Positions 9,618 to 19,569 of a stretch of 64,000 bases of DNA are shown here, piece after piece. Position 1 is the stretch's first letter. Each line of letters opens with the position of its first letter. The notes beneath the pieces were generated by a model. That model saw only the letters and a list, made by a program, of their open reading frames with translations, ran no database searches and had not been told where the DNA came from. The DNA comes from Bacteroidota bacterium (lineage in GTDB: Bacteria; Bacteroidota; Ignavibacteria; UBA10030). The stretch covers positions 12,689 to 76,688 of the forward strand of contig JBEKNC010000008.1 in NCBI GenBank assembly GCA_049523215.1. The letters run 5' to 3'. Both the position numbers and the translations under genes were made by a program.

Positions 9618-10636
9618 AGTTCAACTCCCAAGCTAATACGATGGGCATTTGTAAGAAGATAGCTACCAAGTGCTCCATAACTATAATCAAGCATTAATTT
9701 TACCCCACCTATTGTATAATGTAATCCCCCTCCGAAAGTGAGCCCTTCATTGTCATAATTATATTTATATCCGATGCGAAATGCAACCGTTTGGGCATAC
9801 TCATATTCCAATCCCATGTGTACCTGTTGATCATCATCATTCGGTTGGAACAAGTCGAAAGCCATGCTTAATCTATTATTTTCTTCTGAATAGAAGAGGC
9901 TGTTCGGGCCGATCAGATCAGCTGCCATTCCGATACGGAAAAGCATCGGTGCGTGCTCTTTCTCAACTGCATAGGCAAAATCGGGTCCAAAATTCTGGAT
10001 TGCTGCAGCAACCTGGATTGTCCTAAATCCTGTATTATAACGCATGCCAAAATCGAAAAGATAAGTGCCCGCATCGGTTTTATAAGGATGTCCTGAAGGA
10101 TCGAAGTATGTCACAGTGCTTCCATTCGCAAGATTTTCGTAGGCATATTTGAATGAAATTCCCATCGCAAATTTCTCTGTCAGGCTTTTTGCATATGTGA
10201 GCCCTACCAAATAACTGTATGGCTGGAATGTATTGCCCGTGAGACCGGGATAGGGTAATTCTTTAATGGAAGGAAAACTATTAGTCGTTTCATCGAATTT
10301 ACCGTAGTCCACATATTGCAACTGTAAGCCCATTGCTCCAAAATTACCCAAAGACATTGCATAGGATAACGCACCTAACTGGGCATCAAAAATCCATTTC
10401 GTGTAGGTTGTGGAAAATTCACTGTTCTGTGTCAATGCAACACCTGCCGGATTCCAATACACAGCTTCTGCACCGGAGGCCCAAACGCTATATGCATCCC
10501 CTAAGGCAGTTGCACGGGCACAGGGCATGACCTTTAAGAACTGCATCGAGGTCGAACCCACCTGTTGTGAGAGAGCTGACGAGGCGATAATCAAGATCGC
10601 TACCAGCACTACGAGAATTTTATATCTTGTTTTCAT
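9614..10636 (-). CDS. PorV/PorQ-family (UPF0164-like) outer-membrane beta-barrel
   Basis: MQFLKVMPCARATALGDAY...AVYWNPAG motif; terminal HRISLGVEL; start reassigned to ATG 10636 (MKTRYK...). Confidence 0.85.
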   Translation of the reverse strand: MKTRYKILVVLVAILIIASSALSQQVGSTSMQFLKVMPCARATALGDAYSVWASGAEAVYWNPAGVALTQNSEFSTTYTKWIFDAQLGALSYAMSLGNFGAMGLQLQYVDYGKFDETTNSFPSIKELPYPGLTGNTFQPYSYLVGLTYAKSLTEKFAMGISFKYAYENLANGSTVTYFDPSGHPYKTDAGTYLFDFGMRYNTGFRTIQVAAAIQNFGPDFAYAVEKEHAPMLFRIGMAADLIGPNSLFYSEENNRLSMAFDLFQPNDDDQQVHMGLEYEYAQTVAFRIGYKYNYDNEGLTFGGGLHYTIGGVKLMLDYSYGALGSYLLTNAHRISLGVEL

Positions 10637-10655
10637 TGCTCTCGATTCCTTTTTC

Positions 10656-13064
10656 TTAACGAATAATAACAAATTTGTTCCAAGATCGGTTGCCCTTATC
10701 ATCTTCCACAACAAAATAATATACACCCGATGACACCCACTGATTATTCCTGGATATCTGATACCATGTCTCTAACCCGCTATCGACGCTATGCTGAAGG
10801 GTTTGAATTAATTGGCCGCTAAACGAAAATATCCTGATGGTGCAACGGATAGGCAACCCCATAAAGATAATCTTATTCTGGGCAAGTCCGCTTGCCGAAG
10901 CTCCTGTATTTCCTGAATTTACAACAAACGGATTCGGTACTGCCCATACTTTGCCAAGCGAAGCAAAGGCAGGCTGTGCTGTACTATGATATGTCAAATT
11001 TGTTCTGCCGCTTCTCTTACCGGTCGAATCCACTGAAATGATACAATAAAAATATTCTTGCCCGGATGCACTCCCTATATCTACGAACGTATACGCACTG
11101 TCATGCAACGCTAGCGGGCTGTGGACTCCGATGCCTGTGGTGTCTTTATAATACCGAGGGTCACGTCTTCCAACACTATCTAAAGTCGTCCATGGCCCAA
11201 TTGGATTATTTGCACGCTGCACCAGATAGTAACCAAACGGTTTACTTGCACTAGAAAAACTTTCTACTTGTGTTCCCCAGACTATTTTGTTCGATGCAGC
11301 TACAGTATTCTTTATAAGAATAGCAGGTGCTGGAACCGGTATGGAAATTCCTTGATTATAATTATGGCCTTCAGGAGAAGGCGAAATTGCCGATGATGGT
11401 TCATATTGTGTCGAATCATATTTTATGTATGGTCCGCCTTTATACATTTGAATAGCCCTATCTGCAACATCACGAAGAGAGATAGCCACGGTATCGACAT
11501 AATCGGGAAGTTTGTGGTTTTGCATATACCGGCTTCCCATTGCTGTGAATGGATATGATCCAGTGTTGTCCCTTAGATAGTTATATTGCAACGTATCATA
11601 CCAGCTTGGAACAGGGTGGTACCCCGGCGTGTACGGAGTCGTCATATTTTGTGGATCAGCACTTCCTCCTTCCGTTGTTTGCTGTCCACCGGCGCCACCC
11701 AGGTCATTATAGATTTTATCATTCGGTCCGCCGGCGCCGAATCCCGCCACCTCGGCAATAACAAAGTGCATTCTTTCTCCCGGCAGGAATGTATACGGAC
11801 CGAATATGAAGTATTTTCCGGTCGGATTCCGGTATGCACCGTACCAATTTGGACAACCTCGTCCCCACCAATATTTCGGAAAATAGCTTGTATCTAAGTA
11901 ACAGAATGGTTTATAATAACGAGTTTGTTCAATATCCATCAATCGTGTTTGTCGATCGGCACCCATATTTCCGTTGTCATTTACAAGAAGATATGGTTGT
12001 CGTAATGTTTTAGTATTTCCTGTGGGGTCTTTGACCGTATTCACTTCCCATACCAAGTTCGTATCTGACGCAGGTTCTACACCCGACCGATTAAACAATG
12101 GACAAATGACAGTGTACTTCGATGCCAGATGAGTATAGTCGTAATACAACGGAAAATATCCCACAGCCCCCGGGGCAGTCAAGACCGAATCTTTATCATT
12201 ACCATTAAAGCGGAGAACACCATCAACAGAATGATCGTACACCATATAGCGTGTCCAGTTAAACCTTCCATAGACATAACCCAGCGCTCCCGCTTTGTCG
12301 TCTCTCATACTCGCTTCTGTCCAGTTATTATTATTCAATTGCATATCCGCGATCAATGATGGGCCGAGCGAATAATTGAAACTCACAGCCATTGCCCGAA
12401 GCGTATCGGGGCGGCCGGCAGTGCGTGCAGCAAGGCTTGCACCTATTTGTGTATTGTCTAATTGGTAATCGTAGATAATGAAGTTATTATAACCCGGAAA
12501 ACTCCATGCGCGGCTCGTACGTGTAACTCGGATTCCCATCGGGGTGTCCCATGTCGAAGTAATTATTTCTTCTGCTTCAGTCGAGATATAACTCGGATTG
12601 ATATTCCCTGCCGAATCTATCGGAAAATTCGATCGATAGTTTACAGAGATGGGAATCGATTGTGACGGTGTATTATTCCCGCTTGCATCTGAGAATCCGC
12701 CGCATGCGGCATACACACGAGGAGATGTTTTTACACCCGCTTTGAGCACAGCAGTATCAGCGGCTAGCCAGATTCCTCCGCCAAATGCGTTATAAAATCC
12801 GGCATAACTTCTATCTTGAATACTAATATGATATCCGGTATATCCACCAAGGCCGTCTCCAATACCGTTGCCCGGCCATGAAAACGACGGTTGCCCGAGA
12901 ATACCGCCTGTCGTGCCGCCTTTGCCATCCAGCGGTCGTCCTAAATCACCAGTATTAAAAACTGTTTGATGCAGCATTCCGCGGGAATGTACAACTTTGC
13001 TCTGAGATGATGCATGTGAAGTTGCGATGAACAGCAAAACAAGAATAAGATTAATTGATTTCAT
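10656..13064 (-). CDS. Large secreted protein of unknown function with an FN3-like domain and a divergent T9SS-type CTD
   Basis: Signal peptide; FN3-like region near the C-terminus; CTD VWAVPNPFVV...CTIRIFSFSGQLIQTL...SGVYYFVVE...KFVIIR. Confidence 0.75.
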   Translation of the reverse strand: MKSINLILVLLFIATSHASSQSKVVHSRGMLHQTVFNTGDLGRPLDGKGGTTGGILGQPSFSWPGNGIGDGLGGYTGYHISIQDRSYAGFYNAFGGGIWLAADTAVLKAGVKTSPRVYAACGGFSDASGNNTPSQSIPISVNYRSNFPIDSAGNINPSYISTEAEEIITSTWDTPMGIRVTRTSRAWSFPGYNNFIIYDYQLDNTQIGASLAARTAGRPDTLRAMAVSFNYSLGPSLIADMQLNNNNWTEASMRDDKAGALGYVYGRFNWTRYMVYDHSVDGVLRFNGNDKDSVLTAPGAVGYFPLYYDYTHLASKYTVICPLFNRSGVEPASDTNLVWEVNTVKDPTGNTKTLRQPYLLVNDNGNMGADRQTRLMDIEQTRYYKPFCYLDTSYFPKYWWGRGCPNWYGAYRNPTGKYFIFGPYTFLPGERMHFVIAEVAGFGAGGPNDKIYNDLGGAGGQQTTEGGSADPQNMTTPYTPGYHPVPSWYDTLQYNYLRDNTGSYPFTAMGSRYMQNHKLPDYVDTVAISLRDVADRAIQMYKGGPYIKYDSTQYEPSSAISPSPEGHNYNQGISIPVPAPAILIKNTVAASNKIVWGTQVESFSSASKPFGYYLVQRANNPIGPWTTLDSVGRRDPRYYKDTTGIGVHSPLALHDSAYTFVDIGSASGQEYFYCIISVDSTGKRSGRTNLTYHSTAQPAFASLGKVWAVPNPFVVNSGNTGASASGLAQNKIIFMGLPIRCTIRIFSFSGQLIQTLQHSVDSGLETWYQISRNNQWVSSGVYYFVVEDDKGNRSWNKFVIIR

Positions 13065-13093
13065 AATATTCCCTGCTTAGAAAATGTTGTTAT

Positions 13094-16069
13094 TTAAAAA
13101 TCAATGGAAAAGCCAAGATGAAACGACCTCGGCTGATTTGAATAAAGCAAAAAGTCTTTGTCAAGACCTAAATATGCGAAGTTCTGCTTTGCATCATTGA
13201 GATAACGCAATCCGTTCTGTGCATCAATGGGCAGCGTGTTATAGAGAACCGCATTCTGATTTTGTTCTCCAGCAGTAGTTAACTGGAAGACATAATTATA
13301 ATTAAAGATTCTGTTGTCAAAGAGATTGAACACTTCCATATACAGGGTTGCAGTGACGCCAAAGAAATCACGAAATCTCTTTGATATTTTTAGATTCGTA
13401 TTATACTCCCACGGTGACCGCATATTATTGATGACAACCCCACCGGTGGAACCATATAAAGTATAGGGTCTGCCGCTTCGGAGAAATGAATTTGAAGAAA
13501 CAACAATATCACCCAACGGATATGTTTTCCCGATTGCGAATCCCCATTTTTCCTGGGTTGCATATCCAAGGTTAATGAGGATATTATGTGTCCGATCGAA
13601 GTCAAGGAGAATATCTTTTGAGTCAGTGACAGGAACGCTGTAATAAAATATAGGTGGAGAGCTTCCCACTGTACTACTCTTGCCCGTAGCATAGCTGTAT
13701 TGATAATTGACAGATCCGAATAAATCTCCGCTCCGTTTATTCAAAATGAGGCGGAAGCCGCGGATATTGGCATAGTCACGATTAATCCACGTTGTGTATG
13801 CGAGAGAACCTGACGCTGTGCCAAACGTCGCTTGTTGAATAAGGTCTTTAACATTCTTATAATAGCCGCTGACATCGAGTGTGAGTCCTTCGCCAAATCC
13901 AAGCATAACACCTACATCATAACTGTTTGTAATTTGCGGTTTCAATGTCGGGTTGCCCAGCCGGTTGGCATTAACCGGGGTAGGGGAATTTATCTGATAC
14001 ATTGTGTTTCTTGAATCGAGGAGATACTGGAACGCAGGACGTTGCATAAACGATCCATAATTCAAATGGAATACCGTTGAAACAGAAATCGGGAACGAGA
14101 TACCTATGCGGGGCTGGAGACGCCCGACGATAGGAACTTTCTGGTTGAGTGCGCCTGAACCTAAATAGGTTAACTTGCCCGTTGTATCTGTTGAGTAAGG
14201 ATTCTGATAATACGGGGCATAAAGATTAGAAGCAGAATAAGAATTTTCATCCCAGAGATCCCACCGTAATCCTATATTCGCGATCATCCCTTCAAACTCC
14301 ATCTTATCCTGCACAAATAAACTGGCTTCGAGAGGATGCGCAGAATAAATATCATAGACCGGATAATTATTCCCCATACTTAGTCGGTCGTTGACGTCGA
14401 TCGTATAGTAATTTGCCTGTATGCCGGCATCGAGCAAGTGGGACTTTGTTACCTGGCTCGTTAACGAAGCATCCAGTGAGACAGTCTGTGATTTTTCATC
14501 CTGAAATGTTGTATTGCCTCCGCCAAAATTAAGTCCATCTGGCGGGTTTTTGGCCGCCTGCATCATGACCGTCCCCCAATACAAGATGTTTGCACGCAAT
14601 GAATCAACGTAATCACTGGCAAAGGGAGTTGAACCGAGTCGCATTCTCGTCTGCAAGGTACTTAACTTAACTTCATAAAATGTCCTCTGACTCACTGCCT
14701 GTGTGAAACGGATACCGGCTTGTTGATTGGTTATCGATTGGCGCTGAATGGATAAGATATCATCCCACAAATAGTTATAAAAACCTGGGATTGGTACATT
14801 ATTCTGGTTCGGGAATTGGTTCGTGTTGTTTTGGGAATAAGCAGCGCTGAATCTCAACGTCGCATTATGACCCATGTCGGCGACTATGTTCCCCATAATT
14901 TGTTGTTGGACATCAGGGTGTTCCACAATAAGCTCTGGCCAAGAGGTAATACTATACAATGCTAGGAACATTCTGACATTGTCCGCGATAGGTCCACCCG
15001 TTGAGAATTCCACTGAATAATCTAAATTATTTTTATAAGACGTGTTGTTGAGATATCTTTTCGATTGCAGCCAGAGCGCACGGGCCATTGCTATCTGTAC
15101 CACCGAATCATTGGCTAAAGAGTTAGCTGCAACTCCCATTGCAATTCTATTGCTCTTGCCGGTAGAAGCATTGTACCAGGTAGTATCATTCAGCATCGTC
15201 TGGAGGTACCTGTTATCGCTAACGCTGTACGGGTTGCCGCCGAAATATCTATTTGCGGGCAGTGTCGTATTTACTTCGGCATAACTATGCCATTTATCTG
15301 CCTTGCCCTCTTTCATGGATATGTTTACGACACCGGATTGAGCATTCCCGTACTGCGCACCGAATCCGCTTGTGACAACCTCGACTTCTTCCACTGCACT
15401 CATGATGGGTAGGAGTCCCGTTGAATTATCCAACGGATTGGTAATTCCCATGCCTTGTAAAGTATATAATTCTTCCCCACTTCTACCGCCACGGAAATGC
15501 CCATCGGTGACATCCGCTGCAAGTCCAATGACATCTCCCACATCCCTCATACCAGCAAGCTGCTGTACATCTTCGGACCGTATGATAGAACTCGTTGACG
15601 TTTTTTCCGGTTCTACATCGGGACGAGTGGCCTCAACGGTCACTGCTTCCTGTTCTATGGTGGTAGGTTTAATTTTAAAATCTGCTGTTGTGGTGCGCCC
15701 GGAATTTACGATAACCCCGAGTTGGACCATCTTATCGTATCCGATCATCGAAGCCTGCAGATCGTACTTGCCGGCAGGAATATTGATCATAAAGAAGGTA
15801 CCCTCAATATCTGTCGCGGCGCCCATGCTCGTTCCAAGCACCACAATATTTGCACCGATCAGCGGTTCTCCTGTCACGGCATCGGTAACGACACCTGAAA
15901 TTTTTCCGGATGTTTGTGCAGACAACATACCAGATATTAACAGGGTGAGAATACCGACGTATGGAAAGAGCCTTGCTTTGCGTTGATGAAATTCAAAGCC
16001 AACTTGTGCCTTATGCAACATGCGGAAGCATCGGTCGTACGTAATACGAGGAAAAATACTATTTGTCAT
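13094..16069 (-). CDS. TonB-dependent receptor (non-SusC type) with N-terminal carboxypeptidase-regulatory-like domain
   Basis: GKISGVVTDAVTGEPLIGANI; plug HFRGGRSGE...SGFGAQYGNAQSGVVNI; barrel ending LGFSIDF. Confidence 0.92.
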   Translation of the reverse strand: MTNSIFPRITYDRCFRMLHKAQVGFEFHQRKARLFPYVGILTLLISGMLSAQTSGKISGVVTDAVTGEPLIGANIVVLGTSMGAATDIEGTFFMINIPAGKYDLQASMIGYDKMVQLGVIVNSGRTTTADFKIKPTTIEQEAVTVEATRPDVEPEKTSTSSIIRSEDVQQLAGMRDVGDVIGLAADVTDGHFRGGRSGEELYTLQGMGITNPLDNSTGLLPIMSAVEEVEVVTSGFGAQYGNAQSGVVNISMKEGKADKWHSYAEVNTTLPANRYFGGNPYSVSDNRYLQTMLNDTTWYNASTGKSNRIAMGVAANSLANDSVVQIAMARALWLQSKRYLNNTSYKNNLDYSVEFSTGGPIADNVRMFLALYSITSWPELIVEHPDVQQQIMGNIVADMGHNATLRFSAAYSQNNTNQFPNQNNVPIPGFYNYLWDDILSIQRQSITNQQAGIRFTQAVSQRTFYEVKLSTLQTRMRLGSTPFASDYVDSLRANILYWGTVMMQAAKNPPDGLNFGGGNTTFQDEKSQTVSLDASLTSQVTKSHLLDAGIQANYYTIDVNDRLSMGNNYPVYDIYSAHPLEASLFVQDKMEFEGMIANIGLRWDLWDENSYSASNLYAPYYQNPYSTDTTGKLTYLGSGALNQKVPIVGRLQPRIGISFPISVSTVFHLNYGSFMQRPAFQYLLDSRNTMYQINSPTPVNANRLGNPTLKPQITNSYDVGVMLGFGEGLTLDVSGYYKNVKDLIQQATFGTASGSLAYTTWINRDYANIRGFRLILNKRSGDLFGSVNYQYSYATGKSSTVGSSPPIFYYSVPVTDSKDILLDFDRTHNILINLGYATQEKWGFAIGKTYPLGDIVVSSNSFLRSGRPYTLYGSTGGVVINNMRSPWEYNTNLKISKRFRDFFGVTATLYMEVFNLFDNRIFNYNYVFQLTTAGEQNQNAVLYNTLPIDAQNGLRYLNDAKQNFAYLGLDKDFLLYSNQPRSFHLGFSIDF

Positions 16070-16122
16070 TTGGTCTCCTTGTTACATGATGACAAGTATA
16101 AGTTACATGGGGAACACAAAAA

Positions 16123-17523
16123 TCATTTATTATTTACTTTCACATTGATCATACTCAAATCTTTTACATTCTCAAGAACATTGGGCTCTGCTACATTATT
16201 GAAGGTGCAGTTTTCAATATGCACATTCGTTGCAGGGGATCGGTCATAGGCGCGAACCCAAATACCAAATTTGCTCTTGTCACTTTCAATATTCTTTAAT
16301 TCCACATTCTGTACAAGAGGCGTAAAACTTCCTGCATCTCCTTCTTCATAATAGAAATCAATCTGCATCACGGCATCTGAGACCTGTCCAACCTTGATAT
16401 TCCTGAAATACACATTCTCCACCACTCCGCCACGAATAGAATTCGTCTTAATGCGAAGCATACGGTCGAGATTCGGGCTATCCATCGTATCATTTTCTGC
16501 ATAGACATTGCGTATCCCACCAGAGAGTTCGCTTCCTATCGAGACGCCGCCATGTCCATTCCTCATCCGGCATCCTTGAACAATGATATTGGAACAGGGA
16601 ACATTCACCCGTCGACCATCATTGTTCCGCCCGGATTTTATAGCAATGCAATCATCGCCGGTGTTAAAATAGCAATTCTTGATGAGAACGTCAGTGCATG
16701 ATTCCGGGTCGCAGCCATCATTGTTCGGCCCCAGTCCATCTGTCGTCACACCAATGATTGAAACATTTCTGCATAGTACTGGATTGAGAAACCACATCGG
16801 GGAATCTTTGAATTTCACTCCCTGGACTAATACATTCTTGCACTTGTATGGTTCAAAGAAATTTGGGCGAAGATAGAATCCATCACCAAAGATACGCTCT
16901 GCAACTGGAACGCCCTTTTCCCCCATCTCAAATAATTTCTTGCGCGCAACATTTTGATTGGGCATGCCTGCCACCCAACCGGCTTCTTTCTTTCCTTTCC
17001 AACTCCACCAATTGTCATTTGCTCCTTGTCCATCCAAAACCCCTTCTCCTGTCACAGCGATGTTTTCTTGCTCATACGCATAGATGAGTGGGGAATAATT
17101 CATACACTCGACACCCTCCCAGCGCACAAATACAACAGGAAGGTAATTTTTCGGATCAGTAATGAATTTGATTGTCGCTTCTTTAGAAACATACAGGTTG
17201 ACATTGCTCTTCAAGTGGATGGCGCCTGTAAGATAGATTCCTTTAGGTACCACAACCCTACCGCCGCCTTCGGTATTGCACTTATTAATAGCTTTCTTGA
17301 ATGCCTTGCTGCAATCGGTTTTTCCGTCACCAACTGCACCGAATCTTGTGATATCAAAATCTTTCTGGGGAAAAGTTGGGGGAGAGATTCTTTGTAATAA
17401 TGCCGGGAACGCATCCCATCCTTGCGGAGCGGATTCGGGTTGTTGAGCAACAACAAGAGAAGTTGCAAACAGATAACACAGAACACTTGAAACAGAACTT
17501 CGTAACCCAGAAATCATAGGCAC
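16123..17523 (-). CDS. Polygalacturonase/exo-galacturonidase (GH28)
   Basis: Catalytic motifs PNNDG, GDDCIAIKSG, GHGG and RIKT; signal peptide. Confidence 0.93.
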   Translation of the reverse strand: MPMISGLRSSVSSVLCYLFATSLVVAQQPESAPQGWDAFPALLQRISPPTFPQKDFDITRFGAVGDGKTDCSKAFKKAINKCNTEGGGRVVVPKGIYLTGAIHLKSNVNLYVSKEATIKFITDPKNYLPVVFVRWEGVECMNYSPLIYAYEQENIAVTGEGVLDGQGANDNWWSWKGKKEAGWVAGMPNQNVARKKLFEMGEKGVPVAERIFGDGFYLRPNFFEPYKCKNVLVQGVKFKDSPMWFLNPVLCRNVSIIGVTTDGLGPNNDGCDPESCTDVLIKNCYFNTGDDCIAIKSGRNNDGRRVNVPCSNIIVQGCRMRNGHGGVSIGSELSGGIRNVYAENDTMDSPNLDRMLRIKTNSIRGGVVENVYFRNIKVGQVSDAVMQIDFYYEEGDAGSFTPLVQNVELKNIESDKSKFGIWVRAYDRSPATNVHIENCTFNNVAEPNVLENVKDLSMINVKVNNK

Positions 17524-17619
17524 TGCCTTCTCTTCATATATTCTTGTTCACAATAGAGAATTAAAAACTATTTTGCAACAACTTTTTTCTAAAATATTTC
17601 TTCTATGAATAACGAGAAC

Positions 17620-19170
17620 CTATTTTGTAAACATCATTTTCCGTGTCTGTGTAAACGACTGGCCTTTTCCGGTTAGTAACAATAAGCGGGCAAAATACAT
17701 ACCGCTTGACATTCTTGCCGCATTCCATTCGACCGTATAAGTTCCGGGCTGCCTCTGCGCATTCACAAGTGTCGCTACTTCCTGGCCGAGAATATCATAC
17801 ACGCTAATTTTCACAACACCGGCAGAGGCAACATGGTAACCGATTTCTGTCGATGGATTAAAGGGATTCGGATAATTTTGGTACAGGGTAAATGTATTGG
17901 GAATTGAGGCCTTACTCTGATCTGTAACACCAGTAAGAACACTCGATTCAAAGCATCCCAAATCCGGAGCTGTGCCGATAAACGATAACCCCACATTTGT
18001 TCCGGCATTCACAAACTGACTATTCGATGCAAGATGCATAAAATTGATATCCGGCAGGCTGCCATCCGACTTCCTCGGCCCGCGAACTCCAGTTGTGTCT
18101 AGACTCATGAAATCTGCTGCAGAAGGGGCAACAGCAAATGGTGGATTCATCCAACTATCTGTTGTCAATACGGCAAAGGCACCGATATTTCGTTTGTTGC
18201 CAAATTCCATACAATTCGTGAGGGTGAGGATCTTTCCGGTATCCAGAGCTTCATAAATCGAATAGTTATATCCTGTGTTGCGATAGGATGTACAATTATA
18301 GAGCGTCATCGATCCCAAATCGTGATTTTGATCGAATCCTTTCGACTTATTGTCAAAAGTAAGACAGTTCTTGAGGATCGCATTATGTTCCATGTTATTT
18401 CCCCCCATCTTAAAACCGTTCCCATTGCCACTGCTCAGAGCACCGTTTTTCAAATAGCCGTTCTGGAAACTCCAGCAGTTCTCAATTGTTGTCGAAACGT
18501 TGGTATTGGGAGACTGTAGTAATCCGTCCCAACCATCATCGGAATTTTGCCAAGCCCTGCACCCATAGAAATAGTTGCCGGTTCCCACATTCAGTTTCGG
18601 TGAAAAACCATCTGCGTTTCCTTGTAGGAGATCAGCATTGAAATATGAGTCGCAATTCAAGATCTGGTTGTTAGATGCGCCATTGTCCAGCTGTAATCCT
18701 GTGTCGTTATTTTCATAAAATCTGCAGAGTTCAATAATATTGTTTGAGCCACTGATATACATTCCATTATCGCCGGCTTTATATATATCAAACCCTTTGA
18801 CGTACCAATAGCTTCCGCTGATACTGACACCTCTATTACTGCTGTTAACTGCCATAGAAGAAAAGTCTAGAATCGGGCTTTCGCCAGGATATGCCCAGAG
18901 ATTACACATATTGCTGCTCGATGCACCACTTTTAGTACCTATACTGATTTTCGCAGAACTAGTATATGTGCCTCCACGCACATAAATCGTATCACCGGCG
19001 ACGGCAACAGATATTGCATTGGGGATTGTTCGGAAAGGCAAGTCGATTCTATTTATAGTGCCAGTAGTATCATTGCCAGTTGTGGATACAAAAATCTGAC
19101 TGGCAAAAGAGACCGTTATGAAGGTCCAAATCAAAAAGAAAATCACTGCACTTCGTTGTACCAAGATCAT
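17620..19170 (-). CDS. Pectate lyase family 9 (PelL-like) with T9SS CTD
   Basis: NADGFSPK, CRAWQNSDDGWD and GNGNGFKMGG PL9 motifs; CTD QNYPNPFNPST...RKMMFTK. Confidence 0.9.
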   Translation of the reverse strand: MILVQRSAVIFFLIWTFITVSFASQIFVSTTGNDTTGTINRIDLPFRTIPNAISVAVAGDTIYVRGGTYTSSAKISIGTKSGASSSNMCNLWAYPGESPILDFSSMAVNSSNRGVSISGSYWYVKGFDIYKAGDNGMYISGSNNIIELCRFYENNDTGLQLDNGASNNQILNCDSYFNADLLQGNADGFSPKLNVGTGNYFYGCRAWQNSDDGWDGLLQSPNTNVSTTIENCWSFQNGYLKNGALSSGNGNGFKMGGNNMEHNAILKNCLTFDNKSKGFDQNHDLGSMTLYNCTSYRNTGYNYSIYEALDTGKILTLTNCMEFGNKRNIGAFAVLTTDSWMNPPFAVAPSAADFMSLDTTGVRGPRKSDGSLPDINFMHLASNSQFVNAGTNVGLSFIGTAPDLGCFESSVLTGVTDQSKASIPNTFTLYQNYPNPFNPSTEIGYHVASAGVVKISVYDILGQEVATLVNAQRQPGTYTVEWNAARMSSGMYFARLLLLTGKGQSFTQTRKMMFTK

Positions 19171-19305
19171 AATTCTTTTGAGAGCAACTATAAAGTGATT
19201 CTGTGAATTTATGAGACAAAATACAAAGCTTATCCAACATGCCTTCTCTGTCTTTTGAAAGACGAGAATTGAACAAAAAAAACGTAATCCAACGATTAGA
19301 TAGTA

Positions 19306-19358
19306 TTATCGATAACTTTATCGGTAACTATATTACCGAAAAAAATAGTTTCTGTCAA
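19306..19358 (-). promoter_or_regulatory. sigma70-type promoter overlapped by three LacI-type operator candidates
   Basis: Minus-strand TTGACA (19353-19358)-N17-TAATAT (19330-19335); CG-centred boxes TTATCGATAA 19306-19315, TTATCGGTAA 19318-19327 and TTACCGAAAA 19333-19342. Confidence 0.7.
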
Positions 19359-19569
19359 GTTAACTTTTAAAATTCTTTGTAACCAATATTTTAACGTTAG
19401 AACACAGAACGAACAGCGAGTATTTCAAAAATTTAATCATTTTTTTAATTACTCATACAATTTTCAAAAGAGATCCCAATTCAATGTCTTCATAATGTGT
19501 TTGAAACTACCAAAAGTTGAATCTACAGTGATATCTTTTTCAAACAATCCTATCCACCATTGTTCGTAA

